64,000 bases of DNA from Balanoglossus misakiensis (Eukaryota; Animalia; Hemichordata). The notes beneath the pieces were generated by a model that was not told the origin of the DNA, searched no databases, and saw only the letters and a list, made by a program, of their open reading frames with translations. The stretch covers positions 8,209,846 to 8,273,845 of the forward strand of contig CM082577.2 of NCBI GenBank assembly GCA_040954595.2, in the 5' to 3' direction. The translations under genes and the position numbers were made by a program. Shown piece by piece: positions 1 through 14,084 of the stretch. How positions within the stretch are numbered: the stretch's first letter is position 1; each line of letters opens with the position of its first letter.

Positions 1-1255
1 GTTATACAGATGGAGCATCGTCTGCACTGTGTCTGAACAGGGTGTTCCGATCCCCGTTTCCATTTTCTCTCGTCTCCAAAGAAATTCTATCGTTTCTTGA
101 TTCTATCATCGTCTCTTCGACGTCAAGTGGTCAAACAGAGAGAAACATACCATATCAACATACCATATCATGCACCGAGAAGAAGCGCGCGCTCCGTGTC
201 ATACGCGATTGATACCACGCAGTGAATGAAACGAGCAACACTTGAAATCAAACATGAGCTCCGGGACTCGTCTTGCTGTGGTACACGGTAAGGTCAATTC
301 CGTCCCACGGGTCGCCTTGCTCGCCAGGGATGGAAATGAACACCAATTATAAATTATAGAGATCTTGTGTGCATCCAGCGCGGAGCTTATTACCAACGCC
401 GTGACGGAATGCGCCCAAATTGATAGTGTTAGCGATCACCTCGATCAGTATCGCTCTACTTCTATATCAGCAGATCTTTCTTGTGGGTGGTTTCGCGCGG
501 CGCAATACAGTACAAAATACGAGGTGTACACACAGGCGCATACATAGAAACATAGATACATCGATCATACACACCCACACTCACTCACTCATTCAATGAA
601 TTCGTCAGTGATTCACTCTCACTGGTGGCGTAAGAGATCTTATTTTCACAGTCATAGTGTTCCGTCTTGATGATTTTTTACGCGTTCCGCTTTCCCGACA
701 CTAGTACGTGAATCGATTTTTAAAATCGGATACTTCTATCTGAGGAATCGTAAATAATACTGCCAAGAATGGCGACGGGGATTTGTTTGAGCATTGAATA
801 ATGAAATCCTGGTAAGAACAAGCTCGGGTAATTATCAGACCAATAAATATTCTTGCAAAAATAAAATATGAAAAATTGTGCTTCCATCACCTACTACGCA
901 CAAATCAAAATGTGAACAAATGACAATATACGTTATTCCAAATTCCCCGCGACATTGATGAAGTGATGTGGAATGGAATAATTAATGAATGAATGTTCCA
1001 TTTCCGTGATCATGCATGAAATCCGAAAGCTTCCAACCGAATATTGTTTTTCATATATCTTCAATCTGCTGATATTTATTTACTACGTATGTTATTGACA
1101 GGTATTGCAATGCAGCCGTCATTTATCTTTTAAAAATAACATCATGTTTCAATTGAATGACTCATCTGGATGTATGTCCGAAAATAATGCATTCTCTGCC
1201 TATCTTTATCTTTAATCTCTGTCTCTCCCCCTCTTTTTGATGTCATGTATCTGCA

Positions 1256-1362
1256 GCACATAACATAACATAACATAACATAACATAACATAACATAATT
1301 AAACATAACATAACATAACATAACATAACATAACATAACATAACATAACATAACATAACATA
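1256..1362. repeat. (AACAT)n pentanucleotide microsatellite
   Basis: About 20 tandem AACAT units with one interruption; explains the spurious LCYVM-repeat ORF 1142-1399. Confidence 0.97.
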
Positions 1363-2649
1363 ATAGAGAGAGAACAAACAATAAAACGTCGCACCTCAAT
1401 CGCCACTTCCACTTGATGAACCCCGAAACTCGTCAGAAGCGCACGAATGCGATGCAAAGAAGAACTCATTTGTATTGTAAAGTGAGTTTCCTTCTTATCT
1501 TGGGTATGTTGATTTTACTGAAAAGCCTACCTGGTAATTACATTACGTAGCAAAAGAACGTGCGATACTTGCAAAGATATGACCAGAAATCTAACTTCGG
1601 ACCGTTTTGACGTCAGATTTGGGTTTTCTTAAACATGAACATCACTGTTTGGCGGACAGTTCCCTGGTTTGAATTATATCACATGACTCAGAACAGTGAA
1701 TAAGAAAAAAACGGTTTGAACAGACAATCGACCACCTGACCTACTTAACCCTGCTGCGGAAAGCTTGCTCATCAAACGAACATTAAAGCTTCCTCGGGAT
1801 AATTATATTCGATTTCTGGTTTTCATCAGATCTCGTGTTCCAAATTGCAAATGCAGAAAATAACATGTGATCTTTGTACCGACGGATCTCATCTGACGAT
1901 CATAGAGTCGACGTGAGAAAGCGTGTTTTTTAATGAGCCCTCATTAAGTTAATGACGTGAATGAAATTATATATCACAAGATCCTTTGTGAACTGGACAT
2001 CGTATTAACAATCGTGAAACTGATAGGGTTAGCCAGTAAATCACTTTCACTCACTGAACCTCGTAGATACTTCTTCTCTTTTCGTTCGATATTTGAGTCG
2101 GTGTGATTACAACCATTTGTCTTGATACAATTTCCAACCTTAATTAAGACGCTGGGTATCCCGTGTTGAGGTCATCGTACTTGTCACGATCCTGTTATAG
2201 ACTCGAATCCCGTTTCCCGTCGGTTTTCCCAACCCGTTGTCTACGCTCGCGCATTTCTCCTAATCAGTAACACGGTCATATAACAACTGATACAACAATG
2301 AAATACATACGCTATAAAGGAATTTGCATATGACCATATATGGTCAAAACGAAGTGTCTAAGTCTTCTTACGACTATGCAGTGGTCATTTATCGAAATTA
2401 TCATGTAATTCCTTGGTAAACTTTCACAGCCTGTTCAACTTTCGATCAGCCTTCCACATTGTCGTCTTCATTTTTCAAAACAACAGATCGTAAAGTAGAG
2501 AAAATGATTCTCTTGGCTAACCAAGTAATTACACTTAAGCCCCAATTCTTACAAATTCAACTCAAACTCTCTCTACTAGCCAGTGATCCTAAATACATTG
2601 TGTACTCGAGACACGACCCTTTTGAAAATTGAAATAAAGGTTTCTATAG

Positions 2650-3204
2650 TTACCTCGTGTCCTGGGAAGACTCCGATGTGGTGGTTCTGAGTTCCAAATC
2701 TGACATATCACTCCGAGAAATGCTGTCAAAACGAGTCCGGTAATTATAATAATGTCTGTATGGATTTTGATAGTACGCTTGTCTGGGGTAATGATGATGG
2801 TGTGGGTAATGGGAATAGCGCGGTCTGGCCGACACCTGCCTGTCGGAACTGACGTAACAGCACACCCCTGTGCCCAGAACAAACAAAATGGCGCCGACCA
2901 CCAGCATGATGGGTCCGACGCTGTCCATGGGTTCTATCTCCACGTACAAAGCGACAAACATGGTCCCGAGGATAAGGCACGAAACACCGGCGAAGAGCAG
3001 CAGCAGCGCCAGGCAGATCTCCGCTCTTTTAACCCTGGTGTACGTTTGCACAGGTGCCCCGTTCGCCAACGCCAATGTGGTCGGTGATGCAACGTGGTGA
3101 TGGTGTCGGTGGTGATGCGGAACTCCGTGTCCATGGAGACCGTATCTGGAGTGAGAATGTCTTCTAGTTCCAAAGGCACCTTTGCCTCTCTCGCCTCCTC
3201 CCAT
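2650..3204 (-). CDS. Small two-pass membrane protein (184 aa), PIRT/TMEM100-like hairpin topology
   Basis: ORF with two hydrophobic helices (ICLALLLLFAGVSCLILGTMFVALYV; SVGPIMLVVGAILFVLGTGVCCY) joined by a short loop, a GPxxL..G motif and juxtamembrane CC. His-rich N-terminus and Tyr/His/Pro-rich C-tail. In-frame TGA 4 codons upstream of the ATG. Strong acceptor (tttcttctccttctcttgcag) at 3441 marks the exon start. Family assignment is from motif recall only. Confidence 0.75.
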   Translation of the reverse strand: MGGGERGKGAFGTRRHSHSRYGLHGHGVPHHHRHHHHVASPTTLALANGAPVQTYTRVKRAEICLALLLLFAGVSCLILGTMFVALYVEIEPMDSVGPIMLVVGAILFVLGTGVCCYVSSDRQVSARPRYSHYPHHHHYPRQAYYQNPYRHYYNYRTRFDSISRSDMSDLELRTTTSESSQDTR

Positions 3205-5138
3205 AATTTTCCCTCAGTCCCCGTCGATTTTGTTCAGAACGCCCAGATACAATGGCGCACCGACATTTCCTATTGTAGCGTTTTCTCACAGGAGTAAGAC
3301 GGACCCTGAAAAGTCGAGCTTGATTCTTCGTCTTCTACATCGGTCGACAACAAAGTAGCGCACAGTCTGTCCCAGGGTTTGTCGTCATGAAACATCGAGT
3401 CCCAGTCTACCGTGCCAGTTTGCACAATGTCTCACACGTTCTGCAAGAGAAGGAGAAGAAAGAGTTCAATCCAGGTCATCGCAGCTGAGATAACATCAAG
3501 GAGTGACGTCATGCCGTAAAATTTGCTGCGCCAAGCCCATCAGACGACGACTCGCGATCCCTGTCTGCTCTCCGCCATAAATGTACGCTGCACTTGATAT
3601 TATCCGACTCACTCTACTAAACACGCGCGATTTGCGTCTCTTTAAATACTCAACTCAGCGGACCATACCTTGGGCGCAATTTGCTTGGAAAGGTCAGCTT
3701 TTCCTTTTAAGAGCTACTTCGAACCCAATAACCTGGCCGTAGTAAGCGAAAGCTGTCGCAGAGGCCGCTGGTGTCTGGATCACTTTATTAAACAAATCTC
3801 GGGGTTGCAGCGCGGCGATACAAATGCATGAGTAGCCAGCTCTCTCGCTCTCTCTCTCTCGTTCATGAATAATTGAAGGACTTGATTTATGTTATCGTTC
3901 ACCGTAAACTGTCACTTCGAACCCGCATTTAATCTTTGAGGGCGCGTCGGTTAGATTTCCCATTCGCCCATTTATTATCGAAAGTGATGAATTTTATGTT
4001 TTTTTACGAATGTCGTCAAATGCATTGACTGTAAATCTGGCCGACCAGGAATCATTCGAAAATCCTCATTTTCTAGGACATCGTACGCTAAATTAAATTC
4101 AACATTCATATTATCAGAAAGTGACAGGAAACACCATTGTCTCTCTTTTGCCGTGATTTATTACATTGGTGGCGTTGTTCGGAGACTGAACATTCACTGA
4201 ATTTTCATAATTGCATTTGACGATATTCTTTGCCTTGTCCTGAAGCAAACATTCCGTACAAGAAAATTTGTACATTAATCCCAATATATTTTTATGTTTC
4301 TGATAAAATAACAATAATTTTTGTCATTTACATCGCTTCCTTTGATAGGTCTCTCAACCCCCGTTTATATTCCTAAATAAATATAACCAAATGTATTTCT
4401 CCGAGATCTTGTATGCCAGTAAAACAACAAAAGTAAATTAATAAAAAAGAGGTACGTTCGGCCTTTAGTGCTTGTGTTCCCACAAACATTTTGCCCTGCG
4501 GCTGTGGAGTATCATATATAAACCAAACGTGTATTTATTACAATTAGGGGCCTATGGCTAAAGATGTGGCATGGTCCATGGGGGATTGTTTTACGTTTGA
4601 AGACTGGCAGGATTTCGTCTGAATACCGGATATGGCAGGGCAGAGGTCGATGGGAAGGAAGTCAAACTATACGCACTCGCTGTTTTAGCATCCCATTCGA
4701 ACAATTTTGTGGGGAACCTGGACTGCTGTCAGGGTCCCCAGCTTCCTTCGTGCGCCGTCCTGAGTCTTGGTTCACGGAAATGCAGTAGGGTCGACGGCTT
4801 TACAGCACGGTGAAACCTCTAAGTGGTAGTCATGTCCATCAACCATCGCTGAGTATCCTTTTTTCATTTAGTGAGCGAACCATAAAGTCACGCGTTATAG
4901 TTTGGACGGGTAGCAATTATGACAAATCTAACTAAGCGCGCAATATAAACATTGGTCGTACAGGGAATATCGGACCACGGATGAATAGAATCAAGGAGTC
5001 ACACATCCTGTGATCCGTGAGATGACATATGGCGACAAATGCTATGCAGACAATGCGTGAAGTTAGTCGGCAGACCGATTTTTAAAAATGTACCAGGATT
5101 TAGAATTTTTGTGTTAGCGTCTTACATCTGTCTTACGC

Positions 5139-5330
<192 letters not shown>

Positions 5331-8300
5331 CAACTGACTAATAACCTATTATTATGACTTGGGTACCCTTGAGAAAACACATTCTCCATCTATATCAGGC
5401 TTATGGAAGTAATACACAAATACTTCGATCATTTCATGATTTGTCAATAACAAAATAGTATTCAGATCTTTGTCCATGCAGAGGGTGTTTGTCGGGGGGT
5501 CGTGACAACCAGTCATTAGAGCATATTTTAGTGAGCTGAACAACACAGTCGCCAGAAGAACTGGCGCCAAGAACTTTCAAGGTTTATTGATATCATCAAT
5601 GGTGCAGACCTGATTTAAACTCGCGCACGGGATGAGATTATCGCGTAAAGAGGTCATTGTGATGATAGTAAAAGGTGGCCACGTGACAGTGAAGGTCGTC
5701 TGCTCGCTCGATACATATGGTGAGGTCGGAGATTTGACGTACTTTCAAGAAAGAGGGTCAAATGTGAATGAGATATCGAGAATATTCTGGGGGGGGGGGG
5801 AATCGGTAGAGAGATGATAGGAGAAAGAAAGTGGGCCTTTTGACTTCTTCCTGCTCGTATTGGCCGTAATTTTTGCGAGTTTTTAAACTATTAAACAAAC
5901 AATCTGTACAGGTAAACCTTGCTTTTCAGTTCTGATTAAAACGGTGTCTTGGAAACGAACGGAATTAGTTTCAACTGAGATAGATTCAGAGGAAGAGTTC
6001 CTATATGACTGTGTTTGCTTTAGGCGGCGGTGAGTGAATAAGACAGGCTGGCACGCACCCAAGACAGCGACGACCGCTCGGTGATATTGCAAATCGGATG
6101 ATGGTGTCGGCGGCGGTGGTATGTTACGTGCTATTTCAGGCCCCAGCCACGGGTCATAACGGCTAATGCGTTGAGTATCCATTCACCTGACAGCGATAAG
6201 ATGCTAAATTAAGCCGCTGACTTGCCCTGTGCTCCGATAGCATCGGCGAATTACTTAGTTCAGGCCGCAAATTAACTATTTAACCCACGTGAAAGTATAT
6301 ATCACCACGCGACACTGGTGGCAAACCGATGTGGAATGTTACTCACGTCTCCATCCAGCCGCCGCCATTTCAGGTTGACAATCACCAAGCTATGCGATTG
6401 CGTGCTCCGTGAAACGTAATGTTATTGTCCTCGTTAGCGTAACAGTTCGCTGGCGAATGTTTTCCGAAATTTAAAATTTCAGAAATAATTCATAATAATT
6501 CTTCCTGTCCGCATGATTCAAATGGTGACATATTCGTGCTTATACATGATATATAATTACTATACATACTATGTGTGATCTCTGTGAACGTTTCCCTAGT
6601 AAAAGTGTTTTTAATTTTATCCCCCAATACGGAGTAAAAGCATATTTAAGGCAACCAGAATTGTGCACACATATGATGTCAGTTGCTTCAGCTCCAAAGA
6701 ATTTGTCGGCATGACAAGTGTCACAGCACAGTACACTTTTCTAAAGTGGTCTGCAGAATAAAAAGGTAACGCTCTAAGGCTGTGAAAATATTAGCTTTAG
6801 GCAAAACATTTTGACAAGTTGAGACAACTGCAGAGCTGTAAGTTGACAAGGTAAGAGATATATCTGCCAAGTGGCTGTATATATTACTACTGGTGATAAG
6901 ATCGTGTGGTCATGAGTATGACTGTCTTGTTTTACGCAGTGCACAGTTTAAGGTGGTAAAGCTCACGTTACCTATACGATTTTTTTTCAAAGCCATATTT
7001 CTCGTTGAAGATAACATAAACCGAAAACCATATACTTTGCTGAATGCTAAGTATCTGAATTTTACTTTGGTCAGGTGTAAATGGAGTTTTGCAATCCAAT
7101 TTCTGGCTCTGTGTTTATAGAAATTAATTATTTTACGACTTTGAATATAAATCATGCAGGTAACTCAAATACGATGTTGAAAATCGATGTATTCAAATAA
7201 AAAAAACGTTGTTATCAATTTTTGCTGGTAAACACGATGATAAAGTATGAAAATTCAATCACAATTTTCCGGCCGAATGAACTTTGCCGTGACATTTGCA
7301 TCGTTAGTAGATGCATCATGCGCTATGTACTCTAATGGCGCCATGACATTCCCTCTTGCCTAACCCTGGCGTTGCCATTATTTCTATCTTTCATCGCCGG
7401 GTGCGTTTGCATGTTCGGAAGGATGAGAGTTTTCGTATAAACGTGTTTTTATTTCGCTTTAGTTCAGATTCTAGCACGTTTTGTGGTAGGAACGAGACTG
7501 CGTTCAAGTTTTGAAACTAATCAAAACGATCATCTCCGATCGCCGGGTCTCCGAGAGCAAGAGCGCGGTCGTTGAGGCGGTGAATAATCGCTGTTTCTGC
7601 ATAAATGGTCTCATTTAACTTGCGTTATTCCAATCAGACACACTAGACATTGATTTGTATCGAATTCGGCACGCCTGCTATCCGTCATTTGTTTATCTAA
7701 AATTTTGCCGCGGGGCAGAATATTCAATATGACGCGCGCGAGTTGGTCCCGCCCGACGGTCCCTTTTGTTTATGCGCTTCTCCGCAATATCCGGGCTGTG
7801 GTTTTCTCTGTGACCGGGTCATCCTTTGCCGAAAAGTTTCCTTTACTATAGATATATATATTTTTAAATAATTAAAGAACCGGATAATAGGGCTTGGATC
7901 CGGCTACACCGGAATAATATAATTCATCACAAATCACTCCTGGCCCAAAACCCACCAAGAGGAATTTTATCATCTCGCAAATAAAGTTGCACACGATCGC
8001 TCATTTTTTTATACATCGTCTCGCGAAATCAGGGATATTGATCGGGGATAAGATGTTTGATATGTTGTTTGTTAAAATTTCGTCATGTCTTGCAAAGTGA
8101 CGTCATTTCCTATGCTTTGGGTGCAAAAGTGCAGAATTAAAATATGTGATGTTTTGTTTCTGGACCTCATCCCCAAAACACCCACACGATAGATTGAGTG
8201 TCACGATCTTTCGAAGTGCCTTAGGCACTGTACTGACCCGTTCAGTCCGATAAACAGTTTGCTCAGGAGGATGGTTTGCCGGAATACTATTATATAGCAG

Positions 8301-9777
8301 TTGTACTGGTCAAGGATGCGTGGATAGGATTGTGTTTTCGCGTCTCTTCACAGGGTGTGCTGTTTGGTCAAAAAATTGTTTCCATAATGCCATTTATATA
8401 GAATCATGATGAATTAGTTTCGGAGGGTCCCTTTCACAAAACCCACTTCGCTTTCTCTGTTATTGTCATTCCGTGATGTCAGTAAATTGAATAAATATAT
8501 AGTTTTTACATGCGCAGTGTTTAGACATGGCTTGAGAATAACTCTTGCGTAACAGTACTGAGTGTACGCCGATGAAAATATGCCCAATAGTCTCGTTGAA
8601 CATAACGCATAAAACAGAACGACCGTGGCATTCTTGAACAGAAGGATGTCAGATAGAAACGGTCAGGGAGTTATTCTGTATGTTGCTGTTACACCATCTG
8701 ACCATCAAATCATACGCATAAGAGGACGAGACGGTGTTAGAATCGGTCACGAGAAAAATATTAAATTAATATAATCTGTGTCGTTATTTCAAAGAAGGGG
8801 AGAAAAGTTGTGGGAACAAAATTTACGCATACTGGCTGGCAAAAACCGAACTGAACGGGCAACTGGGGGGTATGGACATACAAGAAACTTTTCTGGCGTT
8901 ATGGCAACAAAGTCAAAGCAAACTGTTAAAACGCTCACATGGATAAGCGGAGACAATGACAGTACAGCCGGCGTACACCTTATAGTCTGTAGAAAGTTGC
9001 TCGTAATGTCGACTGAGTGAACATCCATCGGCATACGTATACCGAATCACATAAATATCGTGAAAATACCAAAGTTCAACGCACCCGCTCGCTCGCTCCA
9101 TGGACAAACATCGCTTCAAATAATTGCAATCCACGATACAACAATGAACACGTTTCTGTTTTAATTACGCGGGTCCTAATGGAACAGTTTTTGTTTGAAC
9201 ATTTCACTTCCTCGTGCAAGCGTTTATGTTGAGAACGTGACAGAAGTTGGTAAAATTACACGCACTCTGGTGAAGTGTCTTTTTCAACTTACAGAAAGAC
9301 ATTAGCAGCTAAAAGTAATCGAGTTTACAGCTCAAAACGTCAGATTTGACGGCTCCGTCGAAAAAATACGCGCCAGACAAATCTGTCTGTGGTTTTAATA
9401 TCTACATGTCGACAAACTTTTTATGAGCTTGTTCGCACTGCGGATCACGTTGCGAATCTCGCGGTCTATTCTGTTCGCTTATATGCATTCAGTTACTGTG
9501 ACCTTGTGCGCAATAAAACGGATTTCGATAGATTGTGAATTTGTTATTTATACTGCCAGCTTTGGTTTCTCGTTATATGACTTGGTTTAATGTCCCTATT
9601 CTGATGGTGGTCCGGTTAAAGCAAGTGTGGCTGGTAAAATGGGTCTCGTGCCTGGACAACTATACTGAACCTACTATAACGGCTGGTGATTTGGCTTAGC
9701 GGCGTGAAAACGGATATAAAACGAGCGAAAAAATATTTCTAGCTTTCTTTTTTACAGAATCTAGCTTGAAAACTTAC

Positions 9778-10600
9778 CTTCATCATGCAGAGAACGAACG
9801 GACGGTATCCAAGAATCTTGGTAGCGTATACTATTCGAAATCGAGAGTCGCGTGTTTTCTTTTAGGAAGCACAGGCAAGCAGCGGCAGTCCCGTGATCCG
9901 ATCCGATTCTTGGCATGCACGTCAACAAGCGACCGTGCTAAACGAAGTTATCGATCGAATACAGCTCTATCCATTGTTGACAGAAGACACGATGGCTCGC
10001 AAGTCAACGTCGACCCAGCTGGAAAAAGACAGAATGCACCTGTTATTCGTTGTCCGAAGTTCTCTTCGAAAACAACTGTTAATCCTTGAACTAAATACTG
10101 CCACCGTTTGTGCTAATCTCCGCGTTCTCCGTGTTTTTCTAAAGTACAGGGCTATATATTTCTGTCCGAATGTGGGAATATCTGCCGCGAGTTTTGATAT
10201 CCGGTATTGGCCGTGACCACGAATATACGTTCAAGGAAAGCGCGACGTGCAATGATAGCGTTGGGGTGTGATAAACGCCGGGCAATATAAACTTTACAAC
10301 GTCCACGCAAGGATGATACTCTAGACTGGTTATAAGTGTGCGTCCTACGGGTATACGCAGTAACCACCAGGCAAGCTGACGTCACGACACCGATCAAATT
10401 GCCGACTGACACCCCGAACCGAACAACGGAGTCGACTCGCGGCGAATGCGCGGCATCCGAACTATTCGCATCGGCGGAGAGGCGGGTCGAGGATGCGTGG
10501 AGGGAATTTTATTTTCACGTCTCTCTCTCTCCACGCACTGCTCGGGTTCACGCTTGGATCGGCTCGCTCTCTCACCGTGTGGCGGACTTGTTATCGCCCC
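9778..10600 (-). other. Probable non-coding first exon and CpG-rich promoter region of the two-TM gene
   Basis: Perfect donor AAG|GTAAGT on the minus strand at 9778/9777. CpG-rich stretch ~10200-10750 with TGACGTCA at 10377. Pairs plausibly with the acceptor at 3441 (intron ~6.3 kb). The 5' boundary is a guess. Confidence 0.45.
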
Positions 10601-13385
10601 GTGGGAGGGTTGAGTGGTACAAACGATACCGTCTGACATTCAATCAGATTTTTTATTATTTTTACGATCGAATTCTGTCATCGAACGCATTCGTTGGCGA
10701 CCGCGCTGGTCAGTCCGTTGGGTATGATGGTAAAGACGCTTCGCGTTTAAAGATGACGTGTGCTCAATTAATTAAAAATAGAAATACTTTTATTTGTGTA
10801 ATAATTTTATATCGTGTTCGTACATACCACAGTAATTGTTTCCATAAACATCATACCGAATCTTAAGTCTCCTGTCGATACGCGTCAATTAAACCCTTAT
10901 TACGGATCCGAACAATCTAGGCTTCCTTATCACTCGGGTTAGACGTGAGAAGCTACTGGTTGGCTGAAATCACGAACTAATTTTCTTATGATCGGAGGAT
11001 TGCAAAAATGATTCAAATCTACGACTATACGCATCCACCGACCTGTTTCCAATACAAGAATCAATCACAAGCGCACACCGACTCTGCATCACATACATGC
11101 GTTGATACATGCATGGGGGTCACGGTTCATTGAAACTGTTATTAATCCCGTATCATTATTTTAAATGTTGGATTATCCGCAAATGACTGGTTTACGAGAA
11201 TGATGCGATGGGATTACAAGGCGGTGTTTCAGTTTTAGGACGCGTGCATGGACGGTATCAAATACTCCGTTTCTAATCGCTTTGTATGTGTACCGATGCA
11301 AAACAGGCATTCAATGAGGGGAAAGGGGGTCACTCGAAAACTCCTCTGTTTTAAAAGAGGCTACTCAAGCTTGTCATGATGGGCTGGAAGGGATTCACTC
11401 AATTTGCGGTCATACACAACTAGTTTCGATTGTCGTCCGAATGTTTGAAATTCTCTGCGGCCCCTAGGCTTGCCGTTTTGTCCGAGCTGTCACATCGATT
11501 AGTATTCGTATGTTGACGAAATTATTAATAAAATATTTGAAAAGTTATTCAATCTTGACGTATCGTTACCACGCTATATTTTGTCAAGTGGCATGACGCG
11601 GTATCATTATCGCGAAGACCGCGTTTTTCATAGGGATGGGGAGGAGGGGGAGGGGAGGGGAACTCCAGCTTTATGTATTTTGATCATACATGGGTGTGCG
11701 TAGTCAATAGTCAAAAGTCGACACGTTTTTTTGTGAAAAAAGTGGCTTATCCAGGCGACAAATACTACTAGTATGGGAGTGCCCTCGGGGGAGGGCTGGT
11801 CTTATTATTACAGGTGTATAACAACGTTTTTGCGGGTGTTTTTCCTACCTCTTGCAGAGTCCTACAGAAACGGCTGCTGGAGTGACCGGATACGAAAAGT
11901 CGCAGCGCGGTCACTTGACGTCTGCTTCTGTTTGTAAAATCACAGGGGTAACCTTCTAACGCAGTAACATGAAACTACATATGTATTTTGTACGAACTGT
12001 GACGCTGTACTTTCTTCTAAGACGGTCTCCGAGTCGAGACAAAATGAAATCGCACAAATTACAGCTTTCCTCGTGAGCAATATGCAAAAACATATTCGGG
12101 CAACTTTACTAAGTACATTGACCGGATCTTAGCTCTTTTAAGAATAGTCTAGAAATAAACATTTGATGTTGTCTATGATTGCCTGCAAATGAAACCTGGC
12201 GAAAAAAAGATAATTTATCCCAAAAAACGTAGTCTAGTGAGAAATAGCTGACTTTACATAATTATGTAACTAACGAAAATGTGACACAGTGAGAAACACC
12301 AATCAATTGTAAGTCTTACTTAATGGAACGTATCCAATTTTAATTAATTATCTTAATGTACAGAGTTATTATAAACTTCAATTGCTAGAATGTAACAGAG
12401 AGGAGGAGACTGGTGGAAGAGGGAGACGGAGGGGGGTAGGAGAAAAGGAAATTGGGCAGAGCAATGAATCAGAGTGAGACAGAATTTACATGAAGAAAGG
12501 GCTTGCAAGGTTTAGATGGTGAAGAAAAAAAACTCGAGACCAGATACAAACAAGATATACATTTTAAAAATGATCTCCCAATGAGATGAAAAAAATGCCC
12601 ATATGAGAGAAAGAGAGAAAATCAATGCAAACTGGTAAATGCCCAGAAAAAAAGTTTTAAAGTAGAAATAATACAAGCTTATTCAAAGTCACTCAAATAG
12701 TTCATTGACCTTATTTAGTGCTGTGATGTAAAATCCATACGCATGGGCACAAGAAAATGAAAATGTACATGTACTTCAAATGTTTCTCAAGATGCAAAAC
12801 TTGTACTTACATACTTAAATATCAACTTAGTCTATTTCGGTTTTTGTTTTTGTAAAAATTGTTGCACTACAATTAGAACACCTAGGATGGTAGCCTAAAG
12901 AACGAAACTTTTCTAAAACTTATAATTTTTAAAAATATTTTTCATAAAATTCCACCATCATCGTAACATTTTCTGTAAAATAATGGTTCCATACTGATCC
13001 TGTAATGCCTTGTACCAAATTATGTTGACAACATCCTATCAGCATGCAAGATTTCTTTTCAGAAACACAATGATCCACAATAATCTTGGTAATTATATAT
13101 TAAATTTAAACATCCATAATTTGTATTATTTCATGGAATTTACATGAATCATAATCTTGAAACTGTTACCAAAAATTGATCATACTCTCTGTCTTCATGA
13201 ATTGACTACCAGAATTCACTTGAGATGTGAAGTCCCTGTATCAATATCAGTTTAGTTATACAGCAGTATAAACTTCAACTACCGAGAAGTGGTTGACATC
13301 TCCCACAGCTCGGTCGACATTTGTTAGATCTCTAAGTATTTTTGCATGTGTGCGAATTTGTACAGCCTGAAGCACTAGCACCATC

Positions 13386-13443
13386 AAACAAACAAAAAAA
13401 ACAAAAACAAAAACAAAAAACAAAAAACAAAAAACAAAAAAAA
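13386..13443. repeat. (AAAAAC)n-type A-rich simple repeat
   Basis: Seen directly; source of the Phe/Val-rich spurious ORF. Confidence 0.85.
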
Positions 13444-13910
13444 CCATCCTCATTATAAAAAAGAACAACCACAATGGTTTCAGAAAGTTGAGGTGTTCTT
13501 CTTCAAACAATGACAATGCCAAAACGCAAAATCTACATAAAATCACCCTGTTCATAACTCTGTTACCCCTAAATTTTGTGTAAATGGGATAACTCAACAC
13601 AGGCTGCAGTGAAATCTGACAATAAAATCAAGGACCATGATCAGGACAGATGAAACACAAAAATCGTTTAGTACAGAAGATCACCATCTCGAAGACAGAG
13701 ACTGATTTATGAGCAGACATGTTAAAACACATAAAACAAAAAAAGTTTCTACATATTTAGTGAAAATTGAAGGCTTATGACTTCATGAAAATTACAATTG
13801 CACGGTTTCCCTGATTACTAACTGCATGTAGTCATCTCAACAGAGCAAAGTTGACCACTTGTCCATGTACTCTTACCCACTGCCGTACCATTCCTTCATG
13901 AACGAAATAA

Positions 13911-14084
13911 ACACCCTTTTTCATAAACCTAGCGCCAAAATGCAGCCATAATGAATTTGACCTCAAAGCGAGGTCAATTGGGAAATATCATTGATGTAAT
14001 TGGTCAACTTTCCCTATTGGCCTCGCTTTGGCTTCAAAATCATGATGGCTGTATGAGGGCGCTAGACTTGTGAAAAGGGCGTAT
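13911..14084. mobile_element. Palindromic MITE-like element, copy 1
   Basis: Imperfect inverted repeat: ccctttttt-cataaacctagcgcc...tcaaagcgaggtcaattggg / ccctattggcctcgctttg...ggcgctagacttgtgaaaaggg. Second copy at 23178-23334. Confidence 0.8.

Noticed and set aside
1142-1399. ORF with LCYVM repeats
   Set aside because: Translation of the (AACAT)n microsatellite.
4853-4861. GTATCCTTT, a U12-type donor consensus on the plus strand
   Set aside because: No associated exon or U12 branch site identified; likely chance.
9766-10866. Overlapping 80-176-aa ORFs on both strands
   Set aside because: No recognisable motifs or splice structure; expected in a GC-richer leader or promoter region.
11636-11796. 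G-rich stretch resembling an eroded MITE
   Set aside because: TIRs and TSD could not be defined.
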